DNA of 64,000 nucleotides from Hypanus sabinus (Eukaryota): the NCBI RefSeq assembly GCF_030144855.1, contig NW_026781663.1:124001-188000 (forward strand), read 5' to 3'. The position numbers and the translations under genes were made by a program. Position 1 is the first letter of the stretch. Every line of letters starts with the position of its first letter. The notes below the pieces were generated by a model. That model saw only the letters and a list, made by a program, of their open reading frames with translations, was not told the origin of the DNA and made no database searches. Below are positions 11,657 through 23,960 of this stretch, in pieces.

Positions 11657-13377
11657 ATGGGATATCCGGCGATTTACAACATCGCGGCCGTTTTCTATCC
11701 CACACTTGTAGCGGTTGGTGTCCCCGGTAAGATGCCGGTGCTGGTTACTTTATGTATGGTGCCGTCGTTTTCCTGTTTCTCTGCTGCAGTATTCGTACTG
11801 TTACCACGCACAGATGCTACCATCGGTTGAAAAGTGTTTCCTGAATGGAGGATTCAGGCATCTAATGGTTTTATTTCCATTTTTCTTTTGTCAATTAATT
11901 TGTCATTGTTTCATAATTTCACCTCGCTAAGCTTTCTGAAGTGATGTTGGTCCGAGTCTCTATCAGTGCAGACACTTCGACCTGATAACAACGTGGCAGC
12001 TTATTTAAATGACGGTCCCGTCTATTTCCGACACGTAGGTCTGTTTTTTCTGTAAGTCAGTAAATGAGAACTCGTGCTTTATATCTCCTTGATTCCATTT
12101 GTAACCGCTACAAACAATCCCTTCAGCTATTTTAGCTCTAATAATGGAAACGGTGTAGTTCACAGGAGCGATCGACTGTTCACCGGTACGTGAGTCGTGG
12201 AACTCGGATGCCTCGCTCTAAACTGTGGGAAGGTCGCCAATCCACTGACACTCACATCCGTCATTGTCCTCCAGCCGGAGTGCAGCGACAGAGACAGCAC
12301 ACACTGGATTCCCGCTTTCCACTTCCAAACAGACCATACCCTGCATAGCATCGGAGGAATCGGGTGGGGTGGGGGCATTTAATCAGTTGCAGCTAAACCA
12401 TACCCTCATCGCATCGACAGAATGGGGTATTCAGAGAGTTGTCGCTGACGATATTTCTTTTTTTTCATACTCTTGCAGTTAATTTAACGGCGATTGTGAT
12501 CCTATCTCGGGGAAAATGCGGACTCTCCAAATGCATCACCCGTTACCTGGTTGGAATGGCAACAGCGGATCTGATGGTGGTTATCGTGTTTGCTTTAGTG
12601 GAACAAACCAACAATATCCACATTTATTCCAGATCCCTGCTCATCACTCCTGTGTGCGCTCTGACACTTGTATTTGTGGCTATGACACGGGACTGTTCTG
12701 TTTGGTTCACCGTTAGTTTTACCTTCGATCGTTTCATCGCAATATGTTGCCAAAAGCTTCGGGAAAGATACTGCACCGAGAGAACAGCAACGGTGATTAT
12801 CGTGACCGTGGTTATAGTGATTTGCGTGAAATGTGTCCCGTTCTACTTTGCCATTGAACCTTACGTCATCATTGACAACACGCCGTGGCGGTGTGCAGGC
12901 TCATATGAATACGTTACATCACCCGTGTGGAGAGGATACGAATTACTCGACAGTATTTTAACACCATTACTGCCAATTGGCTTAATACTAGTGTTTAACG
13001 GGTTAACCGTAAGGCATATCATTGTGGCAAATAGAGTCCGCAGAAGGCTTCGGCGCAGCAGCGACAATCAGAAAGATGCCGAGGTGGAAAAACGCAGAAA
13101 ATCGATGATTTTGTTATTTCCTATATCAGCTAATTTCATATTATTTTGGATGCCCTATGTAGCGCATTCCCTAAAATGGCAAACGCAAAACTATTATTAC
13201 CAGGACAGATATTTGAGTTCCCCTGTATACATCCTACAGCAATTTGGGTTCATGTTACAAATTCTCAGCGTGTGCACCAACACTTGCATCTATACACTGA
13301 CACAGAGGAAATTCAGAGAAGAGGTGAGGAATGGAATGAAATATGTGTTTACATTAAATGGCCACCTGTGTAGATAA
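11657..13377 (+). CDS. GPR139-like class A GPCR, gene 1; join(11657..11726,12479..13377), 322 aa
   Basis: Exon 1 encodes MGYPAIYNIAAVFYPTLVAVGVP plus 1 nt, then a GTAAG donor at 11727. The acceptor tttttttcatactcttgcAG ends at 12478, giving an in-frame junction (GVP-V-NLTAIVILSRGKC). Seven hydrophobic segments, ADL in TM2, DRF in TM3, FWMP in TM6 and NTCIY in TM7. AATAAA at 13413. TM1 (YP..GxPxN..xxILS) and TM3 (SVWxTVxFTxDR) resemble GPR139/GPR142. Confidence 0.92.
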
Positions 13378-14399
13378 CGCCCGCGTCTAATGTCAATTCA
13401 GCGGAGTTTTCAAATAAAGTCGTTTTAAAAAGAAAAGTTTTGACAAATATGTTATGAATTCAGACTATCATATGCCTGGTCATCCTGAAATTTCTGAATT
13501 GGTGGAAGATTGATTACTTCCTACAGTTCAGGAAGGTAGCAATACAAACGTTCATTGCTACTGGTTTGATTGTGACATTGGTTGAAGTATGTTTCAAACT
13601 ATCACAGAAACTCAACTCGACTGTCACAAGCCCAAGGATTGCTTGAGGATTTTCCGTGTTTTAGTTGTTTCAAAATGGACGGGATCAGGTGTGAGACTGT
13701 AACGGGAATGTCACGGCCCAGAACGCTGGCTGTTTATTCATTGCCATAGATATTTCTTGATCAGCTGAGGAACAGAAGTGAATCGTCCCTCGCATCAATT
13801 ACCACTCAATTCCCCGTCTTGTCTCTTTCCTCCCTCCACTCAATCATTAATATGCACAGTCTGATGCCAATCTCCCCTCCCTCTACACAACCATTTCTAC
13901 ACCTTTATTACAAATCCATTCTGTCCTCCCTCCACAGTCTGATCATTATCCCCCGTCCCCTAACATCCCTTCCCTCCATACACTCATTAATCATCACACT
14001 CAGCCCTCCTTTCGAAAACCGATAATTTCGCCGTCCAATCCCACTCTTCCTTCTCTGGTACATCGATTAATACCGCATCATGTATGATGCCACATCCTGA
14101 CACCAGATGACGATTAACACCCAAACAGATAGAATTCCAAACTCCCCTTTATCCGGTTACCCCGTATAATCCATCTAATGAAATCTTACAAATGCCTCTC
14201 CACACTGTTCCTGGCATAATCCCTCTGGCCGCTCCCTCAACCCACGATTAATAATCCAACAATTCCATTCACACTCTGGACTTCCTCCACACGCCCACCA
14301 ATGCAATGACCACGATAACCTATCTTCCCTCTGAATGGCGGGCAAACTCAATAATTCCTATCACCCCCCCAATGTGAAGGCCACAAGCCAAAAGTTCAG

Positions 14400-15720
14400 G
14401 ATTGTCATGAGATCCAAATGAGCGTGGTTTCTATTACTGAGGAGAAGGTGCTTGGGGGGGACTAAAAGAAGTGATGTCAGATTTTGGCGGTAATTGAGGT
14501 ATTTTGAAATAGTTCGGATGAGTAGAATATAGCGAAAATGAATCCATTGCCGTCTTGTAGTAGAGAAGTTGTCAAAGTACCGGACATTATAGGGAAAGTA
14601 GCCTGACCTCAGTGGCTGGAAACATTTGGTTCTCCATCACAAGAATGCGGTCTCGGGTCCACAGAGACACATGATAAATAGGCTGAATTTTGCCATGGTT
14701 AATGAAAATGATGACTTCGAGGCCAAATGCACCGGCAATAAAATGTTAGGTGGAGGGGTTGCTATTGCTGATGAAGCAGGACGTTTGCAGAAGAACCCGG
14801 ACGGACTTGTAGATTGGGCAAATAAATGCAAATGGGATCCGTTGTTGCGAAGACCATGGTCACGCAATGTGGTAGAAGGAACAACATCGCAGACTCATTT
14901 CTAAATAGGAAAAACATTCAGAAATCGGAGTTGCAAACGACATAGGAGTCTTCCTTCAAGATTCTCAAAAGATCGCCTTGTAGGTGCTGTCAGTGGTATT
15001 GAAGGCAAAAACGCTGTTGGTGTTTATTTCAAGAGGACTCCGATATAAAATCAACGATGTAACGCTGAGGCATCATAAAGTTTTTGAAATACCTAAGCTG
15101 GAGTATTGTAAAGAGGGTTGAGCCTTACTTTCCCGGGAAACGACGTGATATCATTTCAGACTATCCAGAGGATGTTTACGAAATTGATCCCCGGAATAAA
15201 GCGGTTGACGTACGAGGAGAGTTTGATGGCTCTGCGCCTGTACTCATTGCGGGTCAGGAGAATGAGAAAGTTTCTCTATGAAACCGATCGAACACTGACA
15301 GGTCTAGTTAGAGCGGACGTTTATTACAGAGGGGGAATGTAGCCCAGAGTCCACACCCTCTGAATACAGGAGATCTCTTAGAACAGCGACGAGGAGGCAT
15401 TTCCTGAGCAAAAGCATGGCGAATGTGTGGAATTAATTTGCACAGACAGCCGTCGAGGACAGATCATTGAGTATATTTAATGCGGATTCAGACGTTTTCT
15501 AGACTTGTCAGGGTTTCAATGGCGACAGGGAGAAGGGATGCTCTTTTATTAAGCCTGTTCAGAGATGTAGCGTAGAACAGGGGCCCTTCCAGCCATCGAT
15601 CTGCATCGCCCAGAATCCAGCCTGGTTTTTCTCCCCAGCCTAATCGCCGACTCTATGGGCGGAATGTCCTAATACTGCTCGGTTGTTTATGGTGTTATGG
15701 TCTCACCAACTAAGTAACCT
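14400..15720 (+). mobile_element. Degenerate CR1 fragments
   Basis: ..RLQKNPDGLVDWANKC.. and IQRMFTKLIPGIKRLTYEESL..LYSL are CR1 RT C-terminal motifs. Confidence 0.75.
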
Positions 15721-16147
15721 GTAGAGCAAAGCCAGACTTCATCACATTGCTTCCTACGCTTCCCCAATGCTCTCCTTCTGCCCAGCAAACGGCATATTCC
15801 TGCCACTACCTTCCCTCACACCATTGTTCCGATCTACCCTCCCTGCTTCCCGTGTACAAGCCCGTGTTCCACATTCCCCCAGCTGCATCTCCATAAGCCT
15901 CTGATAACTCATACGCGCGAAACTCACCCATCTTGCTCCACGCTACTTACCGGCCCGCCCTTGCTCCAACGCCTTACACCGATCCTTCAACGCCCATTTT
16001 AATGCAGGCCTTCCACCCGCATATCTTAGCTGCCCATTTCTCTCCACAATCGCTGCCCGATTCACTGAGTCCCACCAGCAGCCGGATCATCGTTCCAGGC
16101 ACTGGAGGCCTGAGAGGTTTAGTGGGTAATCTAACACATGATATGAA

Positions 16148-17978
16148 TGTTATGGTCCGGTCCGGAGCCCGCGTTCTGTGTTTTGATCCGGTCCGCTGAC
16201 TCCGGACACCGGGTCTTGTAACTGTCCCTCCTTTCACCCTTGAGCCCAATTAGTCACACCTGTGGATCATTGTGGCTCGCTGGGGCTCAAGGAGGCGCAC
16301 CTGATCCCCATCGAATGGCAGTGTATATAGGGGGCTCTGCTTCTGAGTGGAGTTGGGGGGTCGTCTTTCTCATCCTGTCTATCCTGCTTACCCTGGTCGT
16401 CCAGCTTTTCCTGTTCCTCCGATTCGCCCTGGCTTGGAATACCCATCGTTAAACACGAGTTCCTCGAGTAAGTCTGGCAGTCACCCCGGACCAAGTTCCC
16501 TTCCTATTCCTTGCCTCTGTCCGGCAAACCTGGCCGGACTGCCGTTGCCCGGAAGGGGACTCTGACCCTTTCCTATCCCTCTCCTTCTATGGGTTGTGCC
16601 CTGCAACCCGCCCAGGTGTCCCGTGACCTGCCCAGGGCCGCGTGTTCCTGCCCCGGAGGACCGGGCTCTGCCCAGGAGTTATGCGGCCGCCGAGTGAACT
16701 CCTAGCCCCAGCATGAAATCCAAGATCCTTTCTTGCCTGAACTCCGGGATTCTCCTTGCCTGAACTCCGGGATTCTCCTTGCCTGAACTCCGGGATGCTC
16801 CTTGCCTGAACTCCGGGATGCTCCTTGCCTGAACTCCGGGATGCCCCTTGCCTGAACTCCGGGATCTTCCTTGCCTGACCTCCGGGATCCTCCTTGCCTG
16901 AACTCCGGGATCCACCTTGCCTGAACTCCGGGATCCCCCTTGCCTGAACTCCGGGATGATCCTTGCCTGAACTCCGGGATGCTCCTTCGCTGAACTCCGG
17001 GATGCTCCTCGCCTGAACTCCGGGATCCTCCTTCCCTGAACTCCGGGATGCCCCTTGCCTGAACTCCGGGAACCCCCTTGTCTGAACTCCAGGATGCCCC
17101 TTGCCTGAACTCCGGGAATCCCCTTGTCTGAACTCCAGGATGCTCCATGCCTGAACTCCGGGATGCCCCTTGCCTGAACTCCGGGATGCTCCTTGCCTGA
17201 ACTCCGGGATTCCCCTTGCCTGAACTACGGGATCCTCCTTGCCTGAACTCCGAGATCCCCCTTGCCTGAACTCCGACATGCCCCTTGCCTGAACTCCGGG
17301 ATGCTCCTTGCCTGAACTCCGGGATGCTCCTTGCCTGAACTCCGGGATGCTCCTACCTGAACTCCGGGATCCTCCTGCCTGAACTCCGGGATCCTCCTTG
17401 CCTGAACTCCGGGAGCCTTCCTTGCCTGAACTCCGGGATCCTCCTTGCCTGAACTCTGGGATCCTCCTGCCTGAACTCCGGGATCCTCCTTGCCTGAACT
17501 CCGGGATCCTCCTTCCCTGAACTCCGGGATCCTCCTTGCCTGAACTCCGGGATGCCCCTTGCCTGAACTCCGGGATGCCCCTTGCCTGAACTCCGGGATG
17601 CCGCTTGCCTGAACTCCGGGATTCCACTTGCCTGAACTCCGGGATTCCGCTTGCCTGAACTCCGGGATCCTCCTTGCCTGAACTCCGGGATTCCCCTTGC
17701 CTGAACTCCGGGATTCCCCTTGCCTGAACTCCGGGATGCTCCTTGCCTGAACTCCGGGATGCTCCTGCCTGAACTCCGGGATGCTCCTGCCTGAACTCTG
17801 GATCCTCCTGCCTGAACTCTAAGACCCGCTTGGAACCCCAGAATCACATTGACGCCACGTCCCTCACGCACACCACGGTCTCCACATCTTGTCTATCGTT
17901 CAGTTGTTCCCAGTCTGCCACGAGTACTTCAGTGCCTGCGTCCTGCACTTGGGTCCAGCCTCCTGTCCCCATATGACA
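16148..17978 (+). mobile_element. Solo LTR containing an expanded minisatellite
   Basis: TGTTAT...ATGACA inverted termini, near-perfect 5-bp target duplication (ATGAA/ATGAC) and an internal TATATA box at ~16324. Confidence 0.65.
16732..17820. repeat. Minisatellite, ~24-bp unit (cttgcctgaactccgggatgctc), ~45 copies
   Basis: Directly visible tandem array with 23-25 bp unit variants. Confidence 0.95.
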
Positions 17979-19999
17979 ATGACAAGAAAATTGTCCGTAT
18001 CCGTTTGTTTTAATGCTTTATTGTCACTGAAATTAAGATTCAACTCTAACAAACTAAATGTAAAACATTGCACGAGCAGAACAAGGTTTGTTTCCAAATG
18101 AACTACGGCAACAGGACTGGCGCGTTAAAAGACAGCGACGGCCGGAGATGTTGGATGTACCGGTAACGGAAGTCCGGTTTTCCGGAGGTTCGCCATACCC
18201 AGAATAAATTACTGCCCGAGCAAGTACACGGGCCTGCTGACATTTCCGTACCGCTACAACTGGCTCTCCAGTCGATAGAGCACATTCACAACAGCATAGG
18301 TCAGGCTGTTCCTTATCGATTACATTTCGGCTTTCAACCCCCATTAACCCATCGGTTCTAACTAACCAGCTTCAACCCACGGGCCCCTGAACCACCACCG
18401 ACAATTGGTTTGTTCCCGTCCTTGTTGAGAGCCTACCGTCAGTACAGTTCAGTAATGACATCTCCTCCTCGCTGACACTGAACCCAGTGACACCTGAAAT
18501 GCGCATGCTCAGCCCACTGCTCCTCTCCGTCCACTCTCGTGATTGCATGGCTATGCACAAATGAACCACAATATGTAGAAACAAGTTGGCACGATTTTCT
18601 CATGGTGAAACATCGGTTGGTGAGGATGAGGCGTACAGGATGAGATAGATCATCATGGTGTATGCTGTCACAACATTAGACTGTATTCAATGTAATCGGC
18701 AACGAGGAATTCGGTTTTGAATTCAAGAATCTGGAAATGAGAGAGAATATCCCAGTTCACATGGAATGGACAGTGGTGCAAAGAGTGAGCAATGTTAAGT
18801 TCCTGGGTGTAAGCATCCCAGTGGATCTATCTGGGCTCAGCAATTCAATGATACGCTGAAGTGGAAAGCACGCCAGCAGCACGAGTTAAGGTTGTCACAT
18901 TGACAGGAGATTGGTAAAGTCTGAACGTGGGTTTAAAGGGGTCCTTTGGAGCATAACAATGAGCAAGTCCTTGGGCAAGGCTCTTAACCGCTCATTGCTC
19001 TGCGACGACACCGGTGCCAAGCTGTATGGGTCCTAATGCCCTTCCCTGCGACAACATCGGTGGCATGGAGAAGGGGGACCTGCAGCATGTACAACTGCCG
19101 GTCTCCCATAAAACCCTGCCCAGGCCTCAGGCATTATCGAAAATCGATGGACAGCCGAAGAAGATTGAAGCATAACTGCTCATGATGTTTTGGCATCCTT
19201 AGGGTTTAGATTTAAGGTACAATTTTTCAGTTTTTACGTTAATGAACTGATGGGATTTTGCCGAAATCTGCAGTCGATACAAAATAGGGACAGATAACGT
19301 CATGGGGAAATAAAGACAGGTAAAAATAATTCACAAAGAAGGGACAGAACAAATGGAACGTCGGGAGGTCTGGGGCTATGCACTTCGAAACAATGAATAA
19401 AGAGGACAGCAGTTTTCTAAACAGGGAGAAAGCGCGTCAGTCGGAGATGGGGATGGGCTTGTACATTTTCGTTCAGGATTCCCTGCTGGATAACAAAGAA
19501 CAGGTCGATAGTTAGAATGGCCAGTGCTGTGTTGACGTTTGTTCCAGAGGACCACTAGGTAAAAGGCCAGATGCATTGGTGAGGTTTTATAAGTTTAAAA
19601 ATGGACAGACTGTATTTGGAATGTTTTATCCAGTTTTGGCCCCGTGTCAATGAAGATTCTCCAGAGGAGATTCACAAAAAAGAAAGACTTTGCCTCCTGT
19701 GTTCCTGGGTCTGAACTCAGTGGAGGTCAGAATGATGAAGACGCATCTTATTGAAAGCTACCGCGTAATGAAAGGAGATTTGAAGATCCGTTTGAACAGT
19801 ATCAGAATAAAAGCCCGTTCCTTTAGATCTCAGAAGACAAGAAGATTCTTCAGCTAAGGGTGTTGGACATGTGGATTTTTTTTATTTTCAAAGAGGACAA
19901 TCGAAGGCAAATCGTTTTGTTTGTTAAAGATTGATACCGGGTGAATTGTTATTGTGAGAAGGCGATACCTTGGTGTTGATGAACTGATCAGCCATAAGT

Positions 20000-21190
20000 G
20001 AAACAAGACACACAAAATGCTGAAGGAATTCCGCAAGTCAGGCAGCATCTCCAGACATGAAAATAAAACTGTCGGCGGTTCAGGCCGAGAGTATTCTTAT
20101 GGACTGGAAAGTTGGCGGAAGAGGCCAGAATAAAAAGGTGAAGGGACGGGAAGGAGCATAGCTAGGATGTAACAGGTGAAGCCAGTTTGGTTGGAACAAT
20201 AAAGAACTGCAGATGAAGGAAGCTGTTAAGAGAAGAGGGTGAACAATAGGAGACATGGAATGGGCAGGGGGCAGGGGAAGGTGATAAATAGATGAAAATA
20301 GGTAAAAGGACAGAGAGGTGTATCGAAGAAGAGGGGAAGGTCAGGGATTGTTTTTAAACCGGAAGGGGAAATCGATATACATGCCATCAGGCTACTCAGA
20401 CGAAAGATTAGTTCTTACTCCTCTACCCCGAGGCACAAGGGGAGGTCATGGACCAACATGTCGGAACTGGAATTGGAATCGGAATTAAATTGTTTGACTA
20501 CCGTGAAGTTCCATCCCTTTTTCCGCCAATTTGCGACGCACTCCACCAACCTGAAGGAGGCCGCACACGCAGCACTACAATCCATAGACACCCCAGCAGA
20601 TCCGCAATGATTCTCTGCCTCACCTGGAAGGACACCTTGCGGCCTGAATGGAGGTGATGAAGGAGGGGAATGAGCAGCCGTAGCATTTCGGCCACTCGGT
20701 GATCGGTGCAAGCAGGGAGATTTGTGGGGTGGAACAAATGAACAAGGGCATCACGGTCGGAAAGGTTCTCGCCACAACCGGAGAGAGGAGGGAGGTAGCG
20801 ACATGTTTGGTGAAGGATCCCTTTTGAAATGGCGGATATCGTGGAAGATGATGGGTTAGATGTATGGGCTCATGGGGTGCTAAGGACAAGGTGATCTCTG
20901 TCACTGCTAAAACGGCGGGAAAATGGGATGAGCGAAGACGTTCTGGAAATGGTGAAGATACGTGTGACCGCAGCGTCAATGGTGACAGAATGGAATCCCG
21001 GTTATTTGAAGAAGAAATGCATCTCTGTTGTTCTGGGGGAGAAAAATAAAAGCTTCATCATGGGGACAGGTGCGACGGAGTCGAAAGAAATGTCAAAGCG
21101 GAATAGCATTTTCACAGGAGACAGGGTGGGAAGAGGTCCAGACAGGACAATCATGGGAATCGACATGTTTATCAGAGATGAATTCCATCT
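20000..21190 (-). mobile_element. Degenerate Penelope-like element
   Basis: Reverse complement of the same 3' region seen at 50597-51050, plus GIY-YIG-like and RT (GTPMxP..) remnants. Confidence 0.7.
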
Positions 21191-22250
21191 GTCACTTGTC
21201 AGCGCTGTTCGGTAACCTGTCAATGTTCTCTTGTACCCGACGACAATCTTTCACACTATCCACAACTGCTCCAATATCCACATCATCTGAAAACTTGATA
21301 ACGCCTCGCTTGCTCTTCCTGTCATTTATTAAAAAAGAAACAGTAAAAGTAGGGGATTCTTGCAGGACACTGATGGTCACCAAACTCCAAGGAGAAAAGG
21401 CTCCACGTACTGCTATCCTTCGCATTCCACGGGCAGTTCAATTCTAAGTGCACCGACTAACCTTCCCAGTATATTATACCTACTGACGCTCTGAAAAAGC
21501 CTACACCAGTGAACGTGTCAAATGTTTTATCTAAATCAATATACATCAGATCAACATCTCTACCTTTAACAATGCGATTCGTCATATCGTCACAGAATTG
21601 AGCCAAGCTTGGGAGACTTAATGCATCCCTCACAAAACCACAGTGACATGCCAAATCAGGATACGCTTCTCTAAATTCTCTTAAATCCTGTCTCTAGAAT
21701 ATTTTCCAATATTTTGCCTGCTATTGCAAAAAGATAAATTGAACTGTAATTTTAAGAGTTATCTCTACACCCTTTCTTCAACAAAGGAATGATATTTTCC
21801 AAGCTCCTGTACGCTGACGCTCCTACTGTGGCCAGTGATAACGCAAGGAGCATCGCCAACGGTGCAGCAATCTCATCCCCCGCTTCCCGCGTTAACCTGG
21901 GGTATATCCCGACAACGCCTGACGAAATATTTGTCCTAATATTTCTCAAAAGATTCAGCGTCACTCTCTAATAACTGCGACATGATCTCGCTGCACACCA
22001 GGCCGTTTTCAGATAATCTCCAAACGTCAAGATCCCTCTCACTGGTGAAAACTGAAGTAAAGTCTTCATCAAGGACCGGCTGTACCTTCCTTTTACTCTT
22101 CAGATAAACGAAAAAATACCGGTATCCTGCTTTCTGTTGTCGGCTAGTTTACTTTCATATTTAATCAATCCCCTCCGAATAGCATTTTAATTTGACTTTT
22201 GTAAGATTTTCAACGCTTCACAGTGATTCAACTTCCCACTTATATAAAAT
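21190..22250 (-). mobile_element. Degenerate CR1 fragments
   Basis: Minus-strand ORFs IKFSDD..CRRVQENIDRL, DVDLMYIDLDKTFD and GIYPRLTREA..EIAAPL. Confidence 0.8.
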
Positions 22251-22463
22251 GCCCCCAACCACCAGCCTAGCATTTTCGGCTTGCAGTACGCTTCTGTCAT
22301 AAGCCCAAAGGGAACTAACGTAGAGGGACCTTCCCGTGACTATGTATGTACAGAGCAGCCTCTCTTCCGTTCCGTGCCCTGTTCAGGACGGGTCGAGGGT
22401 AAGCATTCACTTCAAGCAGTAGATGTTCCGTAACTTAAAGGGGAACTCAAAGGCATAGTAGAA

Positions 22464-23960
22464 ATGGACTTTAATATGGCATTCAGCACCGTTAACCATG
22501 GTAGGGCCTTTCAGAACGTTAGATGGCTTTGTATCCAGGGAGAGTTGGCTGGTGGATTCAGAACTGATTCCCAGAGGAGACAGAGGATAGTTGTGGATGG
22601 AGCGTTTCCTCCCTGGGTGCTGGTGCCAGTGGTGTACTTCAGAGATCTGTTCTGAGTCCCCCGGATTTTTGTGCTTTTAAAATGATGTGAATAAGGAAGT
22701 GGAAGAGCGGCTTATTGCATTTGCAATGATGTGGAGGTTGGTGGAATTATGGATTATATAGAAGTGTGTCACAGATTACAACAGGACAGTGACAGGACGC
22801 AGAGCAGCGCTGATAAGTTACAGATGATGCTCAACCCGGAAAGTAATTCACTTTGGAAGGATGAATTTGAAGGCAGAGGGGTGATATTTTCTTGAGTCAA
22901 CCGAGGGCCTCACGTTAGTACGAGTTCCACAATGGAAACAGAGTGGTGAGACTCTCTCCAATAAACTGAGGGCCGCTCCTCGGTACGAGAACCACAATCG
23001 GCACGGAGCGGTGCACTGCAGGAACAGAAGGAAGTCTGATTGACAGGAGAGCTAGAACACTTTCGCTGTTCTGCACATACTTACAGTGACGCTCGAAAGG
23101 CAATATCCCTGACAGTAAATCAGGAGGAAAAAAGTACAACTTCGTGGCAAGTAATGGAACAGCCTGGAAACCTGCGGATAGTTCAGAGATTTAGCTTCCA
23201 AATTTTGTTCAAAGACCGAACGGGTGGAAAAATAGGGGTAGAATTGTAGCAGTTTTCAGCATATCGTTAAAATTAAACAAACTGTATCGCACCTTACGGG
23301 TATGAGGTGGTCAGGTCATTCACTGACAGAGGCCAAGATTGTTCCAAACGGCCATTGTTTGCGCTGGAAAACATTGTTCTTCAAACGGTCTGTAGCCCTC
23401 GCTAATCTGCCGAGGACACGTTCCCATTTTGACCACAGGTCCCTGGAATATCGCTGTGGATCTTTTAAAGTGTTTGCAGGAATATGTACACTCTATTTTA
23501 CTGTAACACATGTCAGCTGTCACTGTGATTTCCATCACTCAAAGCGCCCGGATTGACTGGAACAAAAGAAAGAAAAACATGTTTCCGCAATGGGGGGGTT
23601 CAGGCATCTCTTTGATTTATTTTCATGTTCCGTACTTCGATCGAAATTCTTTTTGACAACTTTTCATAATTTCACCTCGCTGGAGTTTCCATTTTCATAT
23701 TTTGATGTAAGTGTTTTCCTCTTTTGTCAACCAGTTATGTGCCGATATTGTCGTTGTTTCATAATTTCACCTCGCTAAGCTTTCTGAAGTGACGCTGGTC
23801 TCTGCATTTCTTGGTCCGCATCTCTATCAGTGCAGACACTTCGACCTTATAACAACGTGGCAGCTTTTTTTAAATGACGGTCCAGTCTAATTTCGACACT
23901 TAGATCTGTTCTTCTTTAAGTCAGTAAATGAGGACTCGTACTTTATATCTCCTTGACTCG
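22464..23960 (+). pseudogene. Relic third copy of the gene 1/2 duplication unit (upstream block plus partial intron; promoter, exon 1 and exon 2 missing)
   Basis: 22464-~23575 aligns to ~10080-11185, then jumps to intron-like sequence (23590-23960 ~ 11840-12095), then restarts at the beginning of the gene 2 unit. Confidence 0.75.

Noticed and set aside
12439-12478. ORF-track N-termini of the GPCRs (12439, 27340, 46621, 58802) as true starts
   Set aside because: These are non-ATG starts inside or just after the splice acceptor; each gene has a proper ATG exon upstream that completes TM1.
16587-17871. Long minus-strand ORFs (346, 172, 148 aa) of repeated RSSGK/PGVQAR/IPEFRQ
   Set aside because: Translation of the 24-bp minisatellite; open in several frames only because the unit lacks stops on that strand.
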